A stretch of DNA of 64,000 nt from the NCBI GenBank assembly GCA_944363565.1, contig CALVUI010000001.1, positions 337,676-401,675 of the forward strand. Direction: 5' to 3'. The position numbers and the translations under genes are program-made. Position 1 is the stretch's first letter, and the number at the start of each line of letters is the position of its first letter. Positions 56,222 to 64,000 of the stretch are shown piece by piece. The notes under the pieces were generated by a model, which did no database searches, was not told where the DNA came from, and saw only the letters and a list, made by a program, of their open reading frames with translations. The DNA is from an uncultured Bacilli bacterium (GTDB taxonomy: Bacteria > Bacillota_I > Bacilli_A > RFN20 > CAG-826).

Positions 56222-58561
56222 TTAGGCTTTGATCTCGAGATCGGGAACGGCGACCTTGAGGGCGTCATCGACCTTCTTCATGTAGACGATCTTCAGACTC
56301 TTCTTCACTTCCTCGGGAAGCTCGGAAACGTCCTTCTTGTTTTCGATCGGCACGACGATGGTCTTGATGCCGCTGCGGAGAGCCGCCAGGGACTTCTCCC
56401 TGAGCCCCCCGATCGGGAGGGCGTTGCCCCTAAGGGTCACTTCCCCGGTCATGGCCACGTTGTTATCGACGTAGCTATGGGTGAGGCAGGAGATGATGGC
56501 GGTGGCCATGGCCACGCCGGCGCTGGGCCCGTCCTTGGGGACGGCCCCTTCCGGAACGTGGACGTGGACGTCGTTTTCCATGAAGACCTTGGAGTCGATG
56601 CCATAACGGCCGGCATTGGCCCGCACGTAGTCAAGGGCGATGGTAGCCGATTCCTTCATGACGTCGCCGAGCTTACCGGTCAGGACGAGACCGCCCTTCC
56701 CCGGGAAGTAGGTGACTTCGATCGGGAGGATGTCGCCCCCGAACTCGGTATAGGCCAGTCCGGTCACGACCCCGATCTGCTTCTCCTTCTCCTTTTTGGT
56801 GGATTCGAAGATCTCGACCCCGAGCATCTCCTTGACCTTCTTTTCGTCGATCTTGACCGGACGGGGCGTGTCGGGCTTATTGACGAGCTCGACCACGACC
56901 TTGCGGCAGATCGAGGCGATGAGGCGTTCGAGTTCCCGGACCCCGGCTTCCCGGGTGTAGAACTCGATGATCTCCTTGTAGGCCGATTCCTCGAAGGCGA
57001 TGTCCCCTTCCTTGAGGCCGTTGGCCTTGGCCTGCTTTTCGAGCAGGAAGCCGGCGGCGATCTTGATCTTTTCGATCTCGGTGTAGGAAGGGACCTCGAT
57101 CAGTTCTAACCGGTCCCTGAGGGGAGCCGGGACGTTTTCGAGGTAGTTGGCGGTCGCGATGAAGAGAACGTTGCTCAGGTCGTAGGGTTCCTCGAGGAAG
57201 TTGTCGTTGAAGGCGACGTTTTGTTCCGGATCGAGGACTTCGAGCAAGGCACTGGAAGGATCGCCCTTGTAGGAGGAGGATCCGACCTTGTCGATCTCGT
57301 CGAGGAGGAAGACCGGGTTGATGGTGCCGGCCCTGTTCATCCCCTGGATGATGCGGCCCGGCATCGAACCGACGTAGGTCCGCCGGTGGCCTCTTATTTC
57401 CGATTCGTCATAGACCCCGCCGAGGCTGGCCTTGAAGAACTTCCGTCCCAAAGCCCTGGCGATCGAACGGGCAAGCGAGGTCTTGCCGCAGCCCGGGGGC
57501 CCGTAAAAGCAGAGGATCGGGGCCTTGAGGTTCCCGGTCATCTTCTTGACGGCGATGTATTCGACGATCCTCTTCTTGACCTTTTCTAGGCCGTAATGGT
57601 CCTCGTCGAGGATTTTTTTGACATTGTCCAAATCGTCGTTGTCTTCCGTCTTCTGGTACCATGGGGTATCCATGAGGACGTCGATGTAGTTCATGATGAG
57701 GGAGGCCTCGAGGGAGGATTCCGGCATCATTTCGTAACGCCTTAATTCCGACTTGACCTTCTTCTTGACATTTTCGGGATAGGGGTTTTCCTCGAGGCGC
57801 TTGAGGATGTTGTCCTCGCTATGGGCCTCGTCGTCCTTCTCCCCGAGTTCCTCGCGGATGGCCTTCATCTTTTCCCGGAGGAAATATTCCTTCTGGTTCT
57901 TTTCGGCCCTCTCGCGGACGGTATTGGTGAGCTTACGCTCGATCTCGGCGTTTTCCTGGAGCCCTTCGATGGCCTTCAAAAGCAACTTCAAGCGGTTGCT
58001 CGGATCGAGGGCTTCAAGGATTTCCTGCTTTTCGGCGCTAGTAAGGGGCAAGTAGGCGGCCAGACTATCGGACATGTCCCCGGTTTCCCCGGGACGGCCG
58101 AGGCCATTGAGGACCGAGCGCGGGATGTCGCGCCCTAGTTCCGGCGTCCTTTCAAGGGCGGCGGCGATGTTCCGCATGAGGACGGCCTCTTCGGCCTTGT
58201 CCCCTTCCTCGTCTTCGAGGATGTAGCCTTTCGCGACGTAGGCCCCGTCTTCGAAACGGATGTCGCTCAGGCGGACCCGCTTGCTACCGATGATCCTAAT
58301 CCTGAAGCTCTTCTGGTCGTCGCTGAAATTGACGATCCGCGAGAGGCACCCGACGAGGTTGAAGTCCTCGATCGAAACCTCTTCCTTCTCCTCGTCTTTC
58401 TGCGAGGTGATGAAGATGAGGTTGTTGGTGTCCTTGCGGGCCGTCTCGATGGCGGCCATGGAAAAGGCCCGGCCGGCTTCGATGTTTTCGCTCATGCCCG
58501 GGAAGACGACCAGTCCCCGGGTCACGAGCAATGGCAATGACAGTTCTTTGTCGAGATCCAT
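56222..58561 (-). CDS. lon: ATP-dependent Lon protease
   Basis: LON N-domain, GPPGCGKTS, catalytic PKDGPSAG, Lys in GVKEKAL-like region. Confidence 0.9.
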   Translation of the reverse strand: MDLDKELSLPLLVTRGLVVFPGMSENIEAGRAFSMAAIETARKDTNNLIFITSQKDEEKEEVSIEDFNLVGCLSRIVNFSDDQKSFRIRIIGSKRVRLSDIRFEDGAYVAKGYILEDEEGDKAEEAVLMRNIAAALERTPELGRDIPRSVLNGLGRPGETGDMSDSLAAYLPLTSAEKQEILEALDPSNRLKLLLKAIEGLQENAEIERKLTNTVRERAEKNQKEYFLREKMKAIREELGEKDDEAHSEDNILKRLEENPYPENVKKKVKSELRRYEMMPESSLEASLIMNYIDVLMDTPWYQKTEDNDDLDNVKKILDEDHYGLEKVKKRIVEYIAVKKMTGNLKAPILCFYGPPGCGKTSLARSIARALGRKFFKASLGGVYDESEIRGHRRTYVGSMPGRIIQGMNRAGTINPVFLLDEIDKVGSSSYKGDPSSALLEVLDPEQNVAFNDNFLEEPYDLSNVLFIATANYLENVPAPLRDRLELIEVPSYTEIEKIKIAAGFLLEKQAKANGLKEGDIAFEESAYKEIIEFYTREAGVRELERLIASICRKVVVELVNKPDTPRPVKIDEKKVKEMLGVEIFESTKKEKEKQIGVVTGLAYTEFGGDILPIEVTYFPGKGGLVLTGKLGDVMKESATIALDYVRANAGRYGIDSKVFMENDVHVHVPEGAVPKDGPSAGVAMATAIISCLTHSYVDNNVAMTGEVTLRGNALPIGGLREKSLAALRSGIKTIVVPIENKKDVSELPEEVKKSLKIVYMKKVDDALKVAVPDLEIKA

Positions 58562-58575
58562 ATTCTCCTTATTGC

Positions 58576-59865
58576 TTAGGCATTGAGGGCCTTGAGGGCT
58601 TCGAGGAGCTTACGGGAAGTGACGTTGTTGACCAGTTCTTCTTCCCGGCCCTTGAAGGCCTTCTTGACCGCGTCCTTGTCCATGCCGTAACGCTTGGACA
58701 GGCTTTCGTATTCGTCTTCGATGTCCTTTTCCTCGGCCTTGATCCCTTCCTTCTTGGCGATCTCGGCGAGGATCAGCATGTTGTCGATGTTCTTCTTCCC
58801 TTCCTTCTCGAAGTTATTGAGGAGGTCGGCTTCGGTCTGGCCGACGATCTGGAGGTACTGCTCATAGGCGATGCCGTTGTCCTCGATCTGCTTCTTGAAG
58901 CGGTCAAGACGGGCTTTCGCTTCGCTTTGGTAGATTTCCGGGGCCACCGTGAAGGTGCTCTTTTCGGCGATCTTCTCCAAGAGGCCGTTGACGTACTTGT
59001 CTTCGGCTTCCCGTTTCTTCCGGCTTTCGATGTCGCCTTGTTTCTTGGCCCTGAGGGCATCGAGGGTTTCGATGTCCTTGAGGCCGAGGGCCTTGACGGC
59101 CTCGTCGTTCTTCTCGGGGATCTTCCGTTCCTTCACTTCGTGGATGACACAGTGGAAGCGGGCCTTCTTGCCGGCCAGCTCCTTGACATAGTTCTCCGGG
59201 AAGGTAATTTCGATGTCCTTTTCTTCCCCGGCCTTGGTGCCCACGAGGGCTTCCTCGAAGCCCGGGACGAAGGAATGGGAGCCGAGTTCCAACGAGTAAT
59301 TGCTGGCTTCCCCACCTTCGAAGGCCTCTTCGACCCCTTCGGCGTTCTTGGTGTAGCCCTTGAAGTCGAGGACCAAAGTGTCCCCTTCCTTGGCTTCCCG
59401 CTCCACCGAGACGAGGTCGGCGTTGCCCTTGAGGTCGCGGTCGATTTCCGCTTCGACTTCCTCGGCGGCCACCTTGACTTCCTCCGGCTTGATCCCGAGG
59501 TTTTTGTATTCGCCCAGTTCCACGGTCGGCGGCAAGACGAAGTCATATTCGAGTTCGAGCTCGTCGCCGCTCAGCTTGTTGATTTTCGCATCCGGCCGCA
59601 TGAAGGGCTCGAGGCCGCTTTCCTTGACGGCTTCGGCGAAGGTCGGATTGAGGAGTGAGAGGGCGGCTTCTTCGTAGACTTCGGCCTGGTTGACCCTTTC
59701 CTTAAGAAGGGCTTCGGGGGCCTTGCCGGGCCTAAAGCCCTTGACGGTGACCTTTTCGGCTAGCTTCTTGAAGGCTTTCTCCTGGGCCTTCTTCCAAGTT
59801 TCGGCGTCGACTTCGACGGCGAGGGCCGCCTTCCCGGCGGCGATTTCTTTCTTTGTGATTTTCAT
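58576..59865 (-). CDS. tig: Trigger factor
   Basis: GFRPGKAP motif, FKBP-like domain, acidic C-terminus. Confidence 0.9.
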   Translation of the reverse strand: MKITKKEIAAGKAALAVEVDAETWKKAQEKAFKKLAEKVTVKGFRPGKAPEALLKERVNQAEVYEEAALSLLNPTFAEAVKESGLEPFMRPDAKINKLSGDELELEYDFVLPPTVELGEYKNLGIKPEEVKVAAEEVEAEIDRDLKGNADLVSVEREAKEGDTLVLDFKGYTKNAEGVEEAFEGGEASNYSLELGSHSFVPGFEEALVGTKAGEEKDIEITFPENYVKELAGKKARFHCVIHEVKERKIPEKNDEAVKALGLKDIETLDALRAKKQGDIESRKKREAEDKYVNGLLEKIAEKSTFTVAPEIYQSEAKARLDRFKKQIEDNGIAYEQYLQIVGQTEADLLNNFEKEGKKNIDNMLILAEIAKKEGIKAEEKDIEDEYESLSKRYGMDKDAVKKAFKGREEELVNNVTSRKLLEALKALNA

Positions 59866-59920
59866 AATTAAAAGTCCTTGCTGAATATACGCTTATCTAA
59901 AGATAAGGGCAAATGGTTTG

Positions 59921-60847
59921 CTAGTTTAGGCCCTTCTCGCGGTTGAGCCGTTCGGTGATCTCCCGGGCCTTCTCCGCCACGTCCTCGGGCCTTAAATCAT
60001 ACGATTCGTAGAGGGGTTTGAGATCCGCTTCCTCCCGGAGGGACTCGTAGGCGAGCTTGAGGATGGCCACTTCGATGAGGCGCACTTCCTCGGGCGGGAA
60101 GGCCTCCTCGGGGTAGGAAACGAGGATCAGGGTCGCCAGCAAAGAAGTGGCGATCCGCCCGGCATCGGGGTTCTCGGCATCGGTCTCGAAGGCCTTGGTC
60201 AGAAAGAGGAAGTCATCGTCGACGTAGGGGCGTTTGAGGTCCTTGGGGACGACCTGGTAGATCTTCCCGCCCCTTTTGAAGGTGACGATGCCCGGATATT
60301 TGGCGGCCACCAAAAGGAAAAGGGCGTAGGTCCTGACGTCGGGAGCGGCCTTATCATCATCGCAAAGGGCCACCACTTCCTCGGCCCTGTCCTTGAGGTC
60401 GCCCTGGCTTTGGAGGGAGGAGAGGACGCGCAGGCGCTCGATGTCGCTACTAGCCGCGCTTAGGCTCTTCTGGCTATCTTCGGCCCGGGGGTTCCTGATG
60501 TCATCCTGGATGGCCTTGGCGATGAGGCCCGGGATATCGCGGATATATTCCTCGCATTCCTGGTTCGCGTAGGGTCGGTTCTTGAAGTCCTCGAGGTCGG
60601 CATAGGCCTTGTCGTACTCCCCTAGGTAAAGCCTGGCCCCGATCGTCCCCTTCATGGTCCCAAGGGGTGCGAAAGCAAAGAGGGCGTCGCGGTTTTTTGT
60701 CAGGATCTCGAGGCTTTCCCTGGCCCTATTCAAGGCCAAGAGGGCCGAGGCCCGGTAGTAAAGGTCCTCGGGCTCATGGCTCCCCTCGGTCAGGCGGACC
60801 AATTCCTCGTAGAGACCCTTTTGGAAGAGGGTGGAAAGACTATCCAT
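59921..60847 (-). CDS. Hypothetical protein
   Basis: 308 aa, alpha-helical, no motif recognised. Confidence 0.45.
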   Translation of the reverse strand: MDSLSTLFQKGLYEELVRLTEGSHEPEDLYYRASALLALNRARESLEILTKNRDALFAFAPLGTMKGTIGARLYLGEYDKAYADLEDFKNRPYANQECEEYIRDIPGLIAKAIQDDIRNPRAEDSQKSLSAASSDIERLRVLSSLQSQGDLKDRAEEVVALCDDDKAAPDVRTYALFLLVAAKYPGIVTFKRGGKIYQVVPKDLKRPYVDDDFLFLTKAFETDAENPDAGRIATSLLATLILVSYPEEAFPPEEVRLIEVAILKLAYESLREEADLKPLYESYDLRPEDVAEKAREITERLNREKGLN

Positions 60848-61394
60848 GTTGCTTGCCTCCCCGGTAACCGAAGAAGGTCAAAAATTGGTCGGCCAAACGG
60901 ACGGCGTCTTCTTTGCTCGGCGAAGCGTGGTTTCGGAAAAAGGAAGCCACGGTCCCGATCGAGCCGTCGAGCAAAAAGGTGATGACGTAACGTTCCTCCT
61001 CCGGATGGAGGCCGGCGAAGGAAGCGTAGGGCAAACCGACGACGAGGGGCAAGAGGACCATCTCGAGCTTGCGTTGGAAATGGGCGTAGCTCGAACTTAA
61101 GACCGTCCTGATCTCCGTCGAATAATCAAGCAAGGAGGCGGCGAGGTTCTTGATGTAGTCCTCGAAGGCCCCGGCCTTGATTTGAGTGAGGCCGACGACG
61201 TTTTTGATGAGGTCGTCCTCGATTTCGTAGAGGACGGCGTCGAGGCTCCGGTAATGGAGGTAGAAGGTCGAGCGGTTGATCCCGGCTTCCCTAGCCACAT
61301 CGAGGGCCTTGACGGAGGAAAAGCCGCGTTCGGAAACGAGGCGGCAGAGGGCGTTTTTGATGGCCTTCCGGCTTCTGAGGCTCCGGGGATCCAT
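60840..61394 (-). CDS. TetR/AcrR-family transcriptional regulator
   Basis: N-terminal HTH FSSVKALDVAREAGINRSTFYLHY. Confidence 0.7.
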   Translation of the reverse strand: MDPRSLRSRKAIKNALCRLVSERGFSSVKALDVAREAGINRSTFYLHYRSLDAVLYEIEDDLIKNVVGLTQIKAGAFEDYIKNLAASLLDYSTEIRTVLSSSYAHFQRKLEMVLLPLVVGLPYASFAGLHPEEERYVITFLLDGSIGTVASFFRNHASPSKEDAVRLADQFLTFFGYRGGKQHG

Positions 61395-62107
61395 CAGCTG
61401 AGGGCCCCCGGGGCGGCGGCGTAGAGCAAGGCCTCGTCGGGTCGGCCGTTTTCGGTGATGAGGAAGAGGCCTAGGCGCCGCCCGGTCTCCCCCTTGCTAT
61501 AGAGGTATTCGCGGATCGCCTCTTCGAGGAGGTAGTCCCTAGGCACGTAGACGTAGCGTTCCTCCCTTTGCTCGGAAATCTCGACGTACTCCCCGAGGTC
61601 CTTGATCTTCAGCATCTCGATAGGGGCTTCCGGATTGTCGACCAAAAAGCGGAAGAGGCAGGACTCGCTATAGACGCCCACCACCTTCTTGCCCTTAAGA
61701 AGGGGGACGTGGCTGATTCCGCGTTCCGCCATCAGGCGGCTCAGCTCCAAGACCGAGTCTTCTTCCTTGCAGGTCAATAGCTTCTGCAAGGGGATGGCGG
61801 CTTCATAAAGAAGGGGCGGGTCGATGAGGTAATAGAGGACCTCCCCGAGGGCCTCGTAGGCTTCCTTGGAGACGGTAAAGGGATCGACGTCCTTGATCCT
61901 GACCATATGGACCAGGGAATTGCGCAGTTCCCGCAATGCATCGAGGGTCTCGGCCGTCTCGACCGCCCTTTTGCCCCCGGCTTTGCGGAGTTTTCCGATG
62001 TAGTAGTTGATGGCGCTATAGGAATTGTTGGACTGGCCGTACTTTTCCCTGATGGCCTCGTCGAGTTCGTTGTAACGGGCCAAGAAGGCGTCGTTGAGGT
62101 TAGCCAT
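61394..62107 (-). CDS. CBS-domain protein
   Basis: C-terminal CBS pair (ISHVPLLKGKKVVGVYSE...). Confidence 0.55.
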   Translation of the reverse strand: MANLNDAFLARYNELDEAIREKYGQSNNSYSAINYYIGKLRKAGGKRAVETAETLDALRELRNSLVHMVRIKDVDPFTVSKEAYEALGEVLYYLIDPPLLYEAAIPLQKLLTCKEEDSVLELSRLMAERGISHVPLLKGKKVVGVYSESCLFRFLVDNPEAPIEMLKIKDLGEYVEISEQREERYVYVPRDYLLEEAIREYLYSKGETGRRLGLFLITENGRPDEALLYAAAPGALS

Positions 62108-62273
62108 GGAGTTCCTCCAAGGCCCTTAGGTCCTCCTTGCAGGAAGCGAGGGCCTTCTTGAATTTTTTCTCGTCGAGGTTGCTCTCGTCCCACTGGAAGA
62201 GTTCGAGGAGGCGTCCGGCGTGGTAGGCCAAAGAGCGCGAGAGTTCCTCCCCTTTTTTAAAGGGGACGCTCAT
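62100..62273 (-). CDS. Small ORF (57 aa) translationally coupled between the SPFH and CBS genes
   Basis: ATGA overlap with the SPFH stop, 8 nt overlap with the CBS start, GC3-rich codons. Confidence 0.35.
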   Translation of the reverse strand: MSVPFKKGEELSRSLAYHAGRLLELFQWDESNLDEKKFKKALASCKEDLRALEELHG

Positions 62274-63256
62274 TCCTTCTTGTCCTCGCTGACCGCTTCC
62301 TTGACGCTCATGGCCATGGAAATGAGGTTTTGGACGTTGGAGGGGACGATGAGCTTGGTGGCCTTGCCGTCGGCGACCTTGGCCAAGGCCTCGTAGGACT
62401 TGAGGGTAAGGACAGCGCTATCGGGCTCGGCGGCCTTGAGGGAGCGGAGGCCGTCGGCCTCGGCTTCCCGTAGCATCCTGATTCCTTCGGCTTCGGCGGC
62501 CTTGACGGTCCTGATCGACTCGGCCTGGCCCTCGGCCCGCTTGATGGCGGCTTGCTTTTCGGCCTCGGCGTTCAAGATGGCGCTTTCCTTGTTCCCTTCG
62601 GCGATGAGGATGGCGGAACGCTTCTCCCCTTCGCTGAGCAGGATCTTCTCGCGCTTTTCGCGTTCGGCCCGCATCTGGCGTTCCATGGCGTCCCGGATGT
62701 CCTTGGGCGGCAAGATGTTCTTGAGTTCGACCCGGTTGACCTTGATGCCCCAGGAGTCGGTGGCCTCATCCAACACGTTCCTCATCTTGACGTTGATGAC
62801 ATCGCGCGAGGTCAAAGTGGCATCGAGGTCGAGTTCCCCGATGATGTTACGAAGGGTGGTGGCCGAGAGGTCTTCCAAGGCCGCGACCGGGTTTTCGACC
62901 CCGTAGGCATAGAGCTTGGGATCGGTGACCTGGAAGAAGACGATGGTATCGATCTGCATGGTGACGTTGTCGCGGGTGATGACCGGCTGGGGCGCGAAGT
63001 CCTTGACCTGTTCCTTCATCGAGACCTTGTAGGCCATGCGGTCGATGAAGGGGAAAAGGAAGTGGATCCCGGTCCCCCAGGTGGCGTGGTAGCCGCCGAG
63101 CCTTTCGACGACCCCCTTGTCGGTCTGGCGGATGACCCTGATCGAGCAGGCCAAGACGATGATGATGATGAGGACGAGGATGCAGGCAATGACGATGCCG
63201 GCGATGGCACCCCCGTCGAAGCCATTGGCTAGTGTCTTGGTAAGAACGTTGAGCAT
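62270..63256 (-). CDS. SPFH/band-7 (stomatin/flotillin-like) membrane protein
   Basis: N-terminal transmembrane segment, SPFH core, EA-rich C-terminal coiled coil. Confidence 0.8.
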   Translation of the reverse strand: MLNVLTKTLANGFDGGAIAGIVIACILVLIIIIVLACSIRVIRQTDKGVVERLGGYHATWGTGIHFLFPFIDRMAYKVSMKEQVKDFAPQPVITRDNVTMQIDTIVFFQVTDPKLYAYGVENPVAALEDLSATTLRNIIGELDLDATLTSRDVINVKMRNVLDEATDSWGIKVNRVELKNILPPKDIRDAMERQMRAEREKREKILLSEGEKRSAILIAEGNKESAILNAEAEKQAAIKRAEGQAESIRTVKAAEAEGIRMLREAEADGLRSLKAAEPDSAVLTLKSYEALAKVADGKATKLIVPSNVQNLISMAMSVKEAVSEDKKE

Positions 63257-63257
63257 C

Positions 63258-63713
63258 TTATTTTTCCTCCCTTAAAGGTTTGACGATCAGTTTGTTGCCT
63301 TCGATGGCAATGACCTTGACCTTGGTCCCTTCCTTGATTTCCTTTTCCCCGGCCGGCAAGACGGCCCGCCAGAGATTGCCGGAGATCTTCACTTCCCCGT
63401 AGTCGAGTTCGGTGACGTCCTTGGTCAAGATCCCGAGTTTGCCGACCATCGTGTCGGCGTTGCTATCGACCTGGTCCTTGGTCAGGTACTTCTTGGCCAA
63501 GGGGCGGACGGTAAGCAAAAGCAACAGGGATACCCCGACGAAGACGATGAGTTCGGCCCACCAGGGAATGGCTTCGTAGGCAAAGCTCGAAAGTATGAGG
63601 GCCAAAGCCGCCCCGCCGATGAACCAAACGGAAATCAGTTCTTCCGTCAGGAATTCGACGATGATGGCGAGGATGAGAATCCCCAGCCAAATCGCCCACA
63701 TCCACTCTTCCAT
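63258..63713 (-). CDS. NfeD-family membrane protein, partner of the SPFH protein
   Basis: Two transmembrane helices plus a C-terminal OB-fold-like GEVKISGNLWRAV. Confidence 0.75.
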   Translation of the reverse strand: MEEWMWAIWLGILILAIIVEFLTEELISVWFIGGAALALILSSFAYEAIPWWAELIVFVGVSLLLLLTVRPLAKKYLTKDQVDSNADTMVGKLGILTKDVTELDYGEVKISGNLWRAVLPAGEKEIKEGTKVKVIAIEGNKLIVKPLREEK

Positions 63714-63973
63714 CAGACTACCTCCTTGCTCAGATCCACCAAAAGCATACCGCTTTCTTCGTCGTAGAACGCCCTATATTTGCAGGGTCCGTCCCCGATT
63801 TCCAGCCCCAACGCCTCCGAGATCTGCTTCATCAGGGGCGTCGAGGAGATGCGGGCGTAGCTTTGGTGGACGTTGATTTTGTAAAGGAGATCCTCATCGA
63901 GGTCCCCGCGGTCGGCTTCGTCCTTGCTGATGGGACGTAGAGCCAGAAAGGACTCCTTCTTCCCAACCATCAC
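63713..63973 (-). CDS. Hypothetical protein
   Basis: 86 aa ORF with a 1 nt stop/start overlap with nfeD. Start M at 63973. Confidence 0.4.
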   Translation of the reverse strand: MMVGKKESFLALRPISKDEADRGDLDEDLLYKINVHQSYARISSTPLMKQISEALGLEIGDGPCKYRAFYDEESGMLLVDLSKEVV

Positions 63974-64000
63974 CCGGTAGGCCTTCTTGAAAAAGAAACT

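Noticed and set aside
58531-59658. 375 aa plus-strand ORF opposite tig, and similar long antisense ORFs in lon, valS, primase, polA (19058..19690, 20426..21274, 22170..22988)
   Set aside because: All are repetitive low-complexity antisense or out-of-frame readings of confidently assigned genes

Overview
This 64 kb window has a high-GC Firmicutes-type gene order. It holds the right-hand ~30 kb of a siphovirus-like prophage (1..~30070) followed by ~34 kb of core housekeeping genes.

Almost every prophage gene is on the minus strand. Going from low to high coordinates the order is:
- tail genes, with the leftmost one running off position 1
- tape measure protein
- tail assembly chaperones with a -1 programmed frameshift
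- HK97-type head module (capsid, protease, portal)
- terminases TerL and TerS
- a phage-encoded SAM synthetase (MetK) joined to a ParB-DNA methyltransferase that is broken at a poly-G tract
- HNH endonucleases
- a replication module: SNF2 helicase, VRR-NUC, AbrB-like regulator, VirE-type primase, family A DNA polymerase, DUF2815, DUF2800 nuclease
- an iteron-like GGTTCC repeat array
- a Cro-like/CI-like switch flanked by two copies of a 19 bp inverted repeat
- a conspicuously AT-richer lysogeny cassette (CI-like repressor plus a lipoprotein moron)
- a large serine recombinase (integrase) at the right end

The host part, in coordinate order, carries rpmG, ispG, a DEAD-box helicase, ispH, nif3, trmK, rpoD, dnaG, glyQS, recO, era, cdd, ybeY, rpmA, prp, rplU, radC, valS (with a T-box leader), glyA, engB, lon, tig, a TetR regulator, a CBS protein, and an SPFH/NfeD pair.

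The host part also holds a 1138 aa membrane-anchored Big_2/Hint-domain surface protein. It is co-operonic with a secreted protein whose signal-peptide region is frameshifted at a poly-G8 tract, which makes it a candidate phase-variable locus.

All protein calls rest on reading motifs in the supplied translations and in my own hand translations. No database search was possible.
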